A DNA stretch of 52,843 bases. Origin: a virus (lineage: Duplodnaviria > Caudoviricetes). Positions within the stretch are counted from its first letter, which is position 1. Each line of letters begins with the position of its first letter. The translations under genes and the position numbers were made by a program. The notes under the pieces are model-generated. The model made no database searches. It was not told where the DNA came from and saw only the letters and a program-made list of their open reading frames with translations. Where the stretch lies: positions 1 through 52,843 of the IMG/VR virus record IMGVR_UViG_3300050166_000172. One strand, 5' to 3'. Below are positions 1 to 9,051 of the stretch, one piece after another.

Positions 1-1248
1 TTATAAAACTCCCGATTTTTTCATAGCCGTTTCCCTGAACACAAACTTATCTTTTAAAAGTTTCATGTCTTCACTTACTTTTCTGTCTAGTACTTTTGCA
101 TAATGTTGCGTAGTGCGAAGGTTTTTATGTCCCAGCATTTTGCTAACACTCTCTATTGGAACACCATTTGTAAGTGTTACAGTAGTTGCGAAGGTGTGTC
201 TGGCAATGTGAAAGGTTAATTCTTTTTCGATTTCACAAACTGATGCTATTTCTTTTAGATAAGCGTTCATTTTTTGGTTGGACAAAATAGGAAGTAGTTT
301 ATCCTCGTTATTACTTTGTGGATGGTTTTCGTATTTGTCGATTATCATTTGTGTAACTGGAAGGATTGGGATTTTGGAAGCGCTTTCGGTTTTTTGTCTG
401 TGCGTGAATATCCATTTTTCACCGTCAATACCATAGCTTATATGGGACTTTGTTAGGTTTTTGACATCAATATAAGCCAAACCGGTAAAGCAGCTAAAAA
501 GGAAGATATCGCGTACAAGTGATAATCTTTCTGTTTTAAAGTCTTTTTCAATTATAGATTGGATTTCTTCTTCAGTTAGATACACGCGCTCCACTTCTTT
601 GACTTTTGATTTGTAATTAGCAAATGGATTTTTATCTAGCCAGTCATTTGCCAAACAAAGCTTGATGATTTTATTGAAATTTTTAAGGTATTTAACCGCT
701 GTGTTGTTTGCGCAATTTCTTACACTACGAAGCCAAAACTCGTAATCGGTTACAAATGCATGATCAATCTTTGTAATATCGATATCGGAAACGTTGTATT
801 TCCATTGCATGAACTCAATGGTATGTTTCAAAGAAGTAGTGTAACGTTCTAATGTTCCTGGAGCGTATTCTTTTCCAACAAGCTCTTTTATTTTGTTGTT
901 GTGGTCTTGGAATATAGGAACTAGCATTCGCTTTGATTCTGTTAAACCAAACAGTTCATTCTTTAAATTTTCAGAGGTAACACTAATGTCTTTTTTGATG
1001 AGCTTTTTTTCCGCTTGTAAGATTTGATTTTTTAGATAATCAAGATGACCATTGATTGTTCTAGCTTCTTCGTTAGTGCCCTTAACTTTACTACCTTCTG
1101 AAGACCATTTATCTGGATTAATAGATTTGTTGGTGCTAAACTCAAAACGCTTAGCGTTCACTGTAACTCTAGTGTAGATTGGACAAACTCCTAAATTGTT
1201 GACTTTTGCTCTCTTGATGTAAAAGAGAATGGATACTGATGTGTTCAT
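1..1248 (-). CDS. Tyrosine recombinase/integrase (Bacteroidetes Arm-DNA-bind_5 + SAM-like + catalytic domain) of a second integrative element
   Basis: N-terminal arm-binding region (PIYTRVTVN); catalytic motifs FSCFTGLAY, HIARHTFAT, LGH..TTQHY. Confidence 0.93.
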   Translation of the reverse strand: MNTSVSILFYIKRAKVNNLGVCPIYTRVTVNAKRFEFSTNKSINPDKWSSEGSKVKGTNEEARTINGHLDYLKNQILQAEKKLIKKDISVTSENLKNELFGLTESKRMLVPIFQDHNNKIKELVGKEYAPGTLERYTTSLKHTIEFMQWKYNVSDIDITKIDHAFVTDYEFWLRSVRNCANNTAVKYLKNFNKIIKLCLANDWLDKNPFANYKSKVKEVERVYLTEEEIQSIIEKDFKTERLSLVRDIFLFSCFTGLAYIDVKNLTKSHISYGIDGEKWIFTHRQKTESASKIPILPVTQMIIDKYENHPQSNNEDKLLPILSNQKMNAYLKEIASVCEIEKELTFHIARHTFATTVTLTNGVPIESVSKMLGHKNLRTTQHYAKVLDRKVSEDMKLLKDKFVFRETAMKKSGVL

Positions 1249-1331
1249 TATTGGTGACCTTAAAGTTAGTATTAAATTTATACGATTTAATAACTACACA
1301 CAAGATGTACATTTTTTGAATATGTTATTGA

Positions 1332-1408
1332 ACACCTTGCCGTAGCGGTGCTTTCGTTGCGAGGAGTCACTTAAAATAATTTTTTTAGTGACACCTTGAA
1401 AGACACCT
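1332..1408. repeat. Short direct repeats (G)ACACCT, possible integrase arm-type sites
   Basis: GACACCT at 1390-1396 and 1402-1408, ACACCT at 1332-1337, between att-like site and integrase start. Confidence 0.4.
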
Positions 1409-1452
1409 AAACTTTGAGATTTAATGAATAATTTGGAATAACCTTAAAAGAA

Positions 1453-1486
1453 AAAACCCACTAAATTGTTGAATTTAGTGGGTTTT
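1453..1486 (-). terminator. Rho-independent terminator downstream of tRNA fragment
   Basis: Perfect 15-bp stem AAAACCCACTAAATT / AATTTAGTGGGTTTT with 4-nt loop; U-rich tail on minus strand. Confidence 0.75.
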
Positions 1487-1506
1487 AGTACCGTTTGCCT
1501 TTCGGC

Positions 1507-1523
1507 TGGCGGAGAAAGAGGGA
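1507..1523 (-). repeat. att core: 3' end fragment of tRNA-Ser
   Basis: Reverse complement reads TCCCTCTTTCTCCGCCA, a typical Bacteroidetes tRNA-Ser 3' end; the upstream T-loop (GGTTCGAA) is missing, so it is a fragment. Confidence 0.7.
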
Positions 1524-1598
1524 AACTCTTTTAACTTCTTTTATTTTTATAATTTATTGATTTTTAACGTATTACAAACAAATTAAAATAGGTTAATA

Positions 1599-1886
1599 TT
1601 ACTTTTTGTTCACTTTTTTGTTCATCATAAAATCCTTTATATGCGTGTCTAAATCATTTCGGAATACCTGAGTATCATAGCCAAATATAAAATTAGGGTT
1701 AACTATAAACTTTTGACAAATTGTATCAATTTGTTCAACCGTAAAATGACATTTACCTGATTGTATTTTAGATAATGTACCCTCTTGCATTTCTATAATT
1801 TGAGCAAAATTTTTAGCAGTTGTAATTTTATTTTGAAATTTCAACAACTCAATTAAACGTAATATGGATTTGTCAGTTATTTGCAT
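1599..1886 (-). CDS. XRE-family HTH protein
   Basis: FAQIIEMQEGTLSKIQSGK...VNPNFIFG HTH pattern; in cI operon. Confidence 0.75.
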   Translation of the reverse strand: MQITDKSILRLIELLKFQNKITTAKNFAQIIEMQEGTLSKIQSGKCHFTVEQIDTICQKFIVNPNFIFGYDTQVFRNDLDTHIKDFMMNKKVNKK

Positions 1887-2376
1887 TTTCCATACAAATT
1901 AATGATTCTCTTACTTTTTTAAAATTTTTATCTTTTATGTCAAAATCAAAATCACCTTGTTTAGTAGTTAATCTCATTTTTAAAATTGAATTGTTTTTAA
2001 AAAAATCTTTAATGCTATTATCAAGTTTTATAGAAAAAGCTAAAAAATGAATATTTGTCTTTAATGAAGAATTATAAAAAGAACTACAAACCATATATTT
2101 TGTAATTTTTATTTCATTAGAAACTCCATTATTATCTAATAAAATTATTTTACTTGTATCGTCAACTGAAAAGAAAGGAAATAATTGATAGTAAAACCCA
2201 ATAAATTCTTCTTTTGCTTTTGATTCAAACCAAATTTCACAACCTCTTGATATATCATTTCTTTTTGTCTCAATAATCCTTTCTTTAGTAAAATCATCAA
2301 TTTTATCAACTTTAAATTTACAATTTTGAGCAAATGAAAAATTTGCTACAATTAATAATAAAAAAATCTTTTTCAT
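1873..2376 (-). CDS. Secreted hypothetical protein
   Basis: Sec signal peptide MKKIFLLLIVANFSFA-Q; directly downstream of cI. Confidence 0.7.
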   Translation of the reverse strand: MKKIFLLLIVANFSFAQNCKFKVDKIDDFTKERIIETKRNDISRGCEIWFESKAKEEFIGFYYQLFPFFSVDDTSKIILLDNNGVSNEIKITKYMVCSSFYNSSLKTNIHFLAFSIKLDNSIKDFFKNNSILKMRLTTKQGDFDFDIKDKNFKKVRESLICMENANN

Positions 2377-2377
2377 A

Positions 2378-2956
2378 CTACATTGTTGTTTTAGTGATTA
2401 CTCCTTTAATTATAAATACTTTTTTAATTTGCTCTAAATGATATTCTTTGGATTCGTAAAAATCATTTTCGCTTTCTAAAATTATATGTTCTTTGTCAGA
2501 TCCTTTTTTTATGTATTTTAATAAAACCTGCTCATCTTTTAATATTACTACATAAGCATAGCCAAAGTTCATGTACTGAAGCTCTACTTCTTTTATACCT
2601 ATAATTTCACCAGAGCAAAATTTTGGATACATACTGTCGCCATAAACATTAATAAAATCAATTCCTTTATCCCAATTAGGTAGGTTTATTGGCAATCTTT
2701 TTAACTCGTCATTTTGCATTTCTTTATCCATTCCTGCTGCTGCTGATACGTTGGGGTAATAATATCCTGTAGGTAATTCTATTTTTTCAACATGTGAATT
2801 ATTTTCACTTAATAATAAATTAATTAATTTAATTTTTGACTCTGGTATAAACTCCCCCTTCTCATAGTTTATAATTGTTCTTCTATCAACTCCAAGCTTT
2901 TTAGCTAAAGCATCTTGAGTTAATCTTGAGGCTTTTCTTAGTTGTTTTAAGTCCAT
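2378..2956 (-). CDS. CI-like repressor (HTH + S24 peptidase)
   Basis: N-terminal HTH (LTQDALAKKLGVDRRTIINYEKG); AAG cleavage-like site, GDSMYP catalytic Ser, downstream Lys. Confidence 0.92.
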   Translation of the reverse strand: MDLKQLRKASRLTQDALAKKLGVDRRTIINYEKGEFIPESKIKLINLLLSENNSHVEKIELPTGYYYPNVSAAAGMDKEMQNDELKRLPINLPNWDKGIDFINVYGDSMYPKFCSGEIIGIKEVELQYMNFGYAYVVILKDEQVLLKYIKKGSDKEHIILESENDFYESKEYHLEQIKKVFIIKGVITKTTM

Positions 2957-2961
2957 TTCTT

Positions 2962-2980
2962 ATTTAGATTTATTCTAAAT
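2962..2980. promoter_or_regulatory. 19-bp palindrome, Fur-box-like
   Basis: ATTTAGATTTATTCTAAAT immediately upstream of the cI start codon. Confidence 0.45.
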
Positions 2981-2990
2981 TTCACATAAA

Positions 2991-3040
2991 ATGTGAAATA
3001 ATATCACTTTATTTTTTTATGTGAAATAATTTCACTTTAT
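2991..3040. promoter_or_regulatory. Tandem repressor operators
   Basis: ATGTGAAATAAT(A/T)TCACTTTAT at 2991-3012 and 3019-3040, core palindrome GTGAAATAATTTCAC. Confidence 0.75.
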
Positions 3041-3045
3041 ATTTG
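3038..3045 (+). promoter_or_regulatory. Bacteroidetes -7 promoter element (early lytic promoter)
   Basis: TATATTTG matches TAnnTTTG and abuts operator 2. Confidence 0.6.
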
Positions 3046-3276
3046 CTCCATACAAAAAGCATAACGCAAATGTATTAAAGTTCTTTGACATATTGTATTA
3101 AAAAAATTTAGAATGAAACTAAATAAGCAGGTGTGATGGTAACACGGTGAGAAATGCTGAAATCAAGATAACCTAATGATAGTAAATACTATTACACAAT
3201 AAAGTTTGCCTTGGAAATGAAATCGTACCGTAGCAATAACGGCAAGGCATCAAATGTCCAACTAATACAAATTAAA

Positions 3277-3522
3277 ATGAAACCAATTTTTAAAATAGAA
3301 AAAAACATCCCATTACCTAAAAAAGAAAGCAGATCTATTTATCCATTTTCGATTATGGAAGTTGGCGATAGCTTTTTAATTTCTTGTACAAATCTTATTG
3401 AGTTAGAAAAGTACAGACAACGTATATCAATAACTATTTGGAGATACGTAAAACAAAATAAGGATAAAAAATTTCAAACCAAAACCACCGAGCAAGGTGT
3501 TAGAGTTTGGAGAATTAAATAA
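3277..3522 (+). CDS. Small phage hypothetical protein (KIEKNIPLP..YPF..MEVGDSF family)
   Basis: ATG at 3277 after A-rich leader; motif common in small phage proteins. Confidence 0.65.
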   Translation: MKPIFKIEKNIPLPKKESRSIYPFSIMEVGDSFLISCTNLIELEKYRQRISITIWRYVKQNKDKKFQTKTTEQGVRVWRIK

Positions 3523-3673
3523 CTAAAAAATACCAAATCATGGCAAATCAAAATTATAATACTAGCGCTTACGAAAAAGCAAAAGAAAAATTTACAAATC
3601 ATTTAAACAACTTGTGCAAAGAGAGTTTTTGTATGTATATGAAAGTCTCTAAAAACATTATCTGCTTATAATT

Positions 3674-3877
3674 ATGTTCAGAAAAGAAATTTATCACTTA
3701 ATCAGAAACGATTGGCAATTAAGAGAAGTTATTGCTGATATTTTAGGGGTTTCAGAAGGTACTGTATATGGCCATGCTGTAAGAAAATCTATAAGATTAG
3801 AACATTACTTAGTTGTAAAAAAACTAATGCTTCATACTGGTAAAAAAGACACCGAGATTTTTATTAATAAAAACTAA
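3674..3877 (+). CDS. Cro-like HTH protein
   Basis: IADILGVSEGTV HTH; divergent from cI. Confidence 0.7.
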   Translation: MFRKEIYHLIRNDWQLREVIADILGVSEGTVYGHAVRKSIRLEHYLVVKKLMLHTGKKDTEIFINKN

Positions 3878-3884
3878 TTGTGTT

Positions 3885-4061
3885 ATGGAATTTAAAAAAC
3901 AAGTAACACTAGTTATTTCTTTAGATAGCGAAGAAATCGAAAGCCTAAAAAGCCTTTTAAAAGGAGTTATAGCAGCTAACGTTTCTGTAAATCAAGGTTT
4001 AGGTTTTTTAGATACCGATGAAAAGAAACTAGTAGAAAATCTAATACAAGAATTAAAATGA
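3885..4061 (+). CDS. Hypothetical protein (58 aa)
   Basis: ORF MEFKKQVTLVISLDSEE..., ATGA overlap with next gene. Confidence 0.55.
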   Translation: MEFKKQVTLVISLDSEEIESLKSLLKGVIAANVSVNQGLGFLDTDEKKLVENLIQELK

Positions 4062-4282
4062 AAGCTGTTGTATTAAACGCTAATGATATTAAATGTTTGC
4101 GGGAACATTTAGATGCGATTGAAAGTATTATTCAAAAGCATGGGGGACACAACACGGGGCTTAAAAAAAGCTCCGTTGCGGTTCCGAGAGAAACTAAAGC
4201 CCAGAAGATTAATAAGTATAAAGATCTTATTGCTTCTGGATTACGAGGTAAAAAACCTAATCATCTTAAAAATAAAAACTAA
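4058..4282 (+). CDS. Hypothetical protein
   Basis: Translationally coupled ORF in early operon. Confidence 0.6.
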   Translation: MKAVVLNANDIKCLREHLDAIESIIQKHGGHNTGLKKSSVAVPRETKAQKINKYKDLIASGLRGKKPNHLKNKN

Positions 4283-4551
4283 TGAAAAATTTTATCAGTC
4301 AAATTATTAAAAAAGTAAATCGTTTGTTTTCTTCTGAAAAAGTAGATGAAAACATAATTAAAGTAAATGTGTTATTAAAAATTTGCTTTGAAAATAGAGA
4401 GGTTTTAGATGCAATTATAACTTTTAAAAAGTTTGAACAGGCGTTTGAACAAGAATTGAAAAAAAGAAACTTAGATGCTTTAGAAGTAAGCGCAGACTGT
4501 GAGGGATATTTTCACAGAAAATCAAAAAAATTAAATCAAAACTATAAATAA
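4282..4551 (+). CDS. Hypothetical protein
   Basis: TAATG coupling with previous ORF. Confidence 0.6.
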   Translation: MKNFISQIIKKVNRLFSSEKVDENIIKVNVLLKICFENREVLDAIITFKKFEQAFEQELKKRNLDALEVSADCEGYFHRKSKKLNQNYK

Positions 4552-4552
4552 T

Positions 4553-4768
4553 ATGAAAAAGTTAGTATTACTGGCAGTTTTAGCTTTATCGGTTAGCTGT
4601 TCAAAAGATGATGATAATTGCGATCAAAAAGCAAGCGAAATTAATGCTTACTACGATCAGCAAATTCAATATGTAATTAGTAACCCAGACCCTTGGGGGG
4701 TTAATTATAATCAAATTTCTCTTTTAAACCAGGAGAGAAATAAAAAATTACAAAACGCTTGTAATTAA
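4553..4768 (+). CDS. Small lipoprotein
   Basis: Lipoprotein signal MKKLVLLAVLALSVS-C followed by SKDDD, a Bacteroidetes export-like signal. Confidence 0.75.
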   Translation: MKKLVLLAVLALSVSCSKDDDNCDQKASEINAYYDQQIQYVISNPDPWGVNYNQISLLNQERNKKLQNACN

Positions 4769-4844
4769 TTCGCAGAAATAAAAAAACCCAATGCTCTAAC
4801 ATTGGGGAAAACAAAAATTTTAATTATCAGAAAAAAACAAAATT

Positions 4845-6875
4845 ATGAAAAAATTTTTTATTAAGAGTTTATCTCTTACGAATTTTAAAGGAATCAAAAA
4901 TTTACAATTAGATTTTGAAGAAGAAACAGATATTTTCGGAGCAAATGGAACTGGAAAAACAACGTTTGCTGATGCTTTTACTTGGTTGCTTTTTGGAAAA
5001 GATACTTCCGATAGAAAAGATTTTGAAATTAAAACATTAGACGCTAATGGTAAAGTAATTCCAATGATAGACCACGAGGTATATGCTTCGCTATTTGTAG
5101 ATAATGAACCGCTAACCATCAAACGTGTTTTAAAAGAGAAATGGGTTCAAAAACGTGGAGAAGAGGAAAAGGAGTTTTCAGGAAATGTAACAGAGTTATA
5201 TTGGAATGAAGTGCCAATGTCGGTAACAGAATTTACTAAAAAAGTAAATGATGTATTAAACGAACAGGTTTTCAAAATGATAACCTCTCCTACTTACTTT
5301 AATTCAATTAAATGGCAAGACAGAAGAAACCTTTTGATAGATATTTTTGGCGAGTTTTCAAATGAAGATGTGGCCAGAGGAAATTCGGCTTTTGAAAATC
5401 TACTTGCTAAACTAACGCAAGGTAAAACGCTTGAAGAATATAAGTCGCAAATCTTAGCTTCAATCAAAAAAGCAAAAGAAGATTTAAAAAATATTCCAGC
5501 AAGAATTGATGAAGTTTTTAGAGGTAAGCCAGAAGATGTGAATTTTGAAGTTCTTGAAAAAGAATTAGAATCAAAAAATTCAGAATTAAAAAAAGTAGAT
5601 GATTTGATTAATAATACTAATCTATCAATTGAATCACAACTTAAGGAAATCAATGATAAAAAATTAAAAATCAGTAATTTAAAAACTGAAATTTCAATTA
5701 TAGAAGCCAATGCAAAAACAGAAGCTTCAGAACGATTGAAACCTGATACTTCTAAAGTAGATGCTTTGCAAAGAAATTTAACTGCTAAAAAGCAAGAATT
5801 AGCCACTTACGAAAGTTCCCTTAAAACATTATCAGGTAAACTTAACGATTTAGATCAATCAAAAACTTCATTAGAGCAAAAGATTGTAGATGCGAGAAAC
5901 GATTGGAACGTTGAAAATGCAAAACAAATCACTTTCAATGATAATGACTTCCACTGCCCTACTTGTAAAAGAGAATTTGAAAGTGGCAATGTAGATGCTA
6001 AAAAAACAGAATTAACCAATTCGTTTAACCAAAGTAAGCAAAAAAAACTTGCTGAAATTTCTGCAAAAGGAAAATCATTAACTGCAGAAAAAATCAACAC
6101 AGAAAATGAAATAACTGGTATTTCGGAAAGAATTAAAAATGGCAAAATAGTAGTTGATGGATTAAAAACAGAAATTGGAAATATTGAATTTTCAATAAAA
6201 GAAACTGAAAACCCAGCAACAGAAAATTCAGAATTAACACCAGAGTTACTTTACGAATCAATTCTTTCTTTAAATCCAGATTATAAATCAAAAAAATCTG
6301 AATTGGAACAATTAGAAGCAAATCCGGTGCAAGATATTTCAATTGATAATTCAGAATTAATTGAAAAGAAAAGAATATTTCAATCAGAAATTGATGCGAT
6401 TAAAACACAGCTTCAAAACAAAGTTTTAATTGAAGCTGCTGATAAGCGAATTTCTGAATTGAAAGCAGAACAATCTACTTTAACACAACAAATTGCAAAC
6501 GTTGAAAAAGAGCATTTTGTAATTGAAAATTTCATCAAAGCCAAAGTAGATGCTTTAGAGCAAGTGGTTAATTCAAAATTTAAATATGTGAAGTTCAAAA
6601 TGTTTGACGAGCAAATTAATGGAGGGTTAAAAGAAACTTGCGAAGCAACGATAAACGGAGTGCCTTACTCAGATGCAAATACTGCATCTAGAATTAATGC
6701 TGGTTTGGATATTATAAATGTCCTTTCAGAATATTACCAAATGTCTGCACCAATATTTATTGACAATGCAGAAAGCGTTCACAGTTTGATAGAAACAAAT
6801 AGCCAAATAATAAAATTGGTGGTTTCAGAAGAAGCTAAAAAGCTAACAGTATTTTATTCAGAAGCAGTAGCGTAA
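4845..6875 (+). CDS. Rad50/SbcC-like AAA ATPase
   Basis: Walker A GANGTGKT, long coiled coil with CPTC zinc hook, Walker B IFIDNAE. Confidence 0.9.
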   Translation: MKKFFIKSLSLTNFKGIKNLQLDFEEETDIFGANGTGKTTFADAFTWLLFGKDTSDRKDFEIKTLDANGKVIPMIDHEVYASLFVDNEPLTIKRVLKEKWVQKRGEEEKEFSGNVTELYWNEVPMSVTEFTKKVNDVLNEQVFKMITSPTYFNSIKWQDRRNLLIDIFGEFSNEDVARGNSAFENLLAKLTQGKTLEEYKSQILASIKKAKEDLKNIPARIDEVFRGKPEDVNFEVLEKELESKNSELKKVDDLINNTNLSIESQLKEINDKKLKISNLKTEISIIEANAKTEASERLKPDTSKVDALQRNLTAKKQELATYESSLKTLSGKLNDLDQSKTSLEQKIVDARNDWNVENAKQITFNDNDFHCPTCKREFESGNVDAKKTELTNSFNQSKQKKLAEISAKGKSLTAEKINTENEITGISERIKNGKIVVDGLKTEIGNIEFSIKETENPATENSELTPELLYESILSLNPDYKSKKSELEQLEANPVQDISIDNSELIEKKRIFQSEIDAIKTQLQNKVLIEAADKRISELKAEQSTLTQQIANVEKEHFVIENFIKAKVDALEQVVNSKFKYVKFKMFDEQINGGLKETCEATINGVPYSDANTASRINAGLDIINVLSEYYQMSAPIFIDNAESVHSLIETNSQIIKLVVSEEAKKLTVFYSEAVA

Positions 6876-7084
6876 TGAAAAAGGGAGATTTAGTATCAAA
6901 GAATTTTGTTCTTGATGAGCAGATTCAGTCAATTAATCAATTGCTTTTAGTTTTTGAAAATGATAAATCCTTGTTTTGGAGGCATAGAGTTCATCCAACA
7001 GCTTTTTTTCTTTCCTGGCCGTTGAGATTAATTATTCAAACTTTAGAAGGTGGCCATTTTTGGCAAATAAAAAAAATTAACTAA
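6875..7084 (+). CDS. Hypothetical protein
   Basis: Coupled ORF. Confidence 0.55.
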   Translation: MKKGDLVSKNFVLDEQIQSINQLLLVFENDKSLFWRHRVHPTAFFLSWPLRLIIQTLEGGHFWQIKKIN

Positions 7085-7096
7085 ATATTTATAAAA

Positions 7097-7990
7097 ATGA
7101 GTGATCAAAAAAACACCACAGCAGTAGCGGTAGAAACAGTAAAAAAAGACATTTCTACACAAGTATTAGCCAAAATAGATACTTTTCAAAAATCTGGCGA
7201 ACTTACAATTCCAAAAGATTATAATGTAGAAAATGCACTGAAAAGCGCTTACATTATGCTTTCTGACCCAAAGAATAATATTCTTGAAAAATGCAATAAA
7301 TCATCTATTGCAGAAGCATTACTTAAAATGGTAGTATATGGGGTTTCACCTATAAAAAAGCAATGTTATTTTATTCCTTATGCGGACAAATTAGAATGTA
7401 GTATTTCTTATGCTGGAAATATTGCCATTGCTAAACGTTACGGAAAACTAAAAAGCATTAAAGGAAATGCGATTTTTGAAGGCGATACTTTTGAATTTGA
7501 AGTGGATAACGTTACAGGAAGAAGAAAAATTGTAAACCACAAACAAACGCTTGAAAGTGTAGGTTGTAATAAGTTAAAAGGTGCATATGCGGTTTACGAA
7601 CTTACTGATGGAACAAGTGATGTAGAAGTTATGAGTATCAATCAAATTCAGTCGGCTTGGAATCAAGGAGGCTCAAAAGGTAATTCTCCAGCGCATAAAA
7701 ATTTTGCTGACCAAATGGGTATTAAAACCGTAATCAATAGAGCTTGTAAGTTATTGATTAGTTCTTCCGATGATTCTGTTTTATATGATCCATTAGAAGA
7801 AGAAAAATTAATTGATGTTACCAATGAAAATGTGCAGCACGAAATTAAAGAAAATGCGAATAAAGAAGTATTAAACTTTGAAAACATTGATGAAGCAGAA
7901 GTAATTGATTCGGAAGTTTTAATTCCAAATGCTTCACCAGAAATGGCTTTTGAAAACGTTGAAGAAATTCAAACTGATGCTGGATTTTAA
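7097..7990 (+). CDS. recT: RecT-family ssDNA annealing recombinase
   Basis: KQCYFIPY, GAYA, H..F.DQM..KTVINRACK motifs; acidic tail. Confidence 0.88.
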   Translation: MSDQKNTTAVAVETVKKDISTQVLAKIDTFQKSGELTIPKDYNVENALKSAYIMLSDPKNNILEKCNKSSIAEALLKMVVYGVSPIKKQCYFIPYADKLECSISYAGNIAIAKRYGKLKSIKGNAIFEGDTFEFEVDNVTGRRKIVNHKQTLESVGCNKLKGAYAVYELTDGTSDVEVMSINQIQSAWNQGGSKGNSPAHKNFADQMGIKTVINRACKLLISSSDDSVLYDPLEEEKLIDVTNENVQHEIKENANKEVLNFENIDEAEVIDSEVLIPNASPEMAFENVEEIQTDAGF

Positions 7991-8092
7991 AAATGGAAAC
8001 ATTTTTTTTAACTATTGAAAAACACAGAGACACTGCTATTTGTTTAGCGGTGTTTATTGTGATTTGTTTATCAATAATAAAATCTGGAAAAG

Positions 8093-8833
8093 ATGAAACT
8101 TAAAATCATTGGAACAGGCTCAAAAGGTAATGCCTACATTCTCGGAAACGAGAATGAGGCACTTTTGATTGAAGCAGGAGTTAACATCAAAGAAATTAAG
8201 CAAGGCTTAGATTTTGAGTATTCAAAAGTAGTTGGCTGCATTGTTAGCCACGAGCACCAAGACCATTGCAAATCAGCTAATGAAGTAATGAGATTAGGAA
8301 TTGATGTTTACACTAGTTCCAAAACACACCAATCAATAAACGGAGATGTAATTCATAGATCATTACCAATTGCATCGAAAGAAATAATTCAATTGGGTGG
8401 TTTTAAAATTATGGCCTTTGATGTAAAACACGATGCAGCTGAGCCGCTTGGTTATTTAATTGAACATGAAGAATGTGGTAAGGTTTTATTTTTAACTGAC
8501 ACGTTTTATTGCAAGTACACCTTTCCTGGTTTAAATAACATAATTATTGAAGCCAACTATTCAAAAGAAATTATTGATAAAAAATACGGACCTGATAGTG
8601 ATAAAGAATTTTTGAGAAACAGAATTTTACAGTCTCACTTTTCTCTTGAAAACTGCATTGATATGCTAAAAGCAAATGATTTATCTGCAGTAAATAACAT
8701 TGTACTAATTCACTTATCAGATAGCAATTCAAATGAAAAGCAATTCAAAGAAGAAGTATTTAATGCAACTCAAAAAAATATAACCGTAGCTAATAACGGA
8801 ATGATTATAGAATTTAACAAAACACCTTTTTAA
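8093..8833 (+). CDS. Metallo-beta-lactamase-fold hydrolase (probable nuclease)
   Basis: GTGSKGN, SHEHQDH, HD, IEANY, HLS motifs. Confidence 0.9.
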   Translation: MKLKIIGTGSKGNAYILGNENEALLIEAGVNIKEIKQGLDFEYSKVVGCIVSHEHQDHCKSANEVMRLGIDVYTSSKTHQSINGDVIHRSLPIASKEIIQLGGFKIMAFDVKHDAAEPLGYLIEHEECGKVLFLTDTFYCKYTFPGLNNIIIEANYSKEIIDKKYGPDSDKEFLRNRILQSHFSLENCIDMLKANDLSAVNNIVLIHLSDSNSNEKQFKEEVFNATQKNITVANNGMIIEFNKTPF

Positions 8834-8834
8834 T

Positions 8835-9047
8835 ATGGCAATATTTCAACAAGAACAATCGGTAAAACAGTTTAATGATGAAGAAGATTTTTTCGTTAAA
8901 CAAGAGGTTAGTATTGATACAGATGGTAGTGAAATATGGATTGTTATCGAACATAACAATAATGATTTAAGTATGAGTTTAGATAACTGGTATCAATTAA
9001 AAGTACTAGTAGAATCAATGTTAAAAAATAATAATATTAAATTTTAA
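8835..9047 (+). CDS. Hypothetical protein
   Basis: Acidic ORF in operon. Confidence 0.55.
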   Translation: MAIFQQEQSVKQFNDEEDFFVKQEVSIDTDGSEIWIVIEHNNNDLSMSLDNWYQLKVLVESMLKNNNIKF

Positions 9048-9051
9048 ATAA

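Noticed and set aside
3129-3150. GGTGTGATGGTAACAC resembling a tRNA D-arm
   Set aside because: No T-arm (GTTCGA) or acceptor stem follows.
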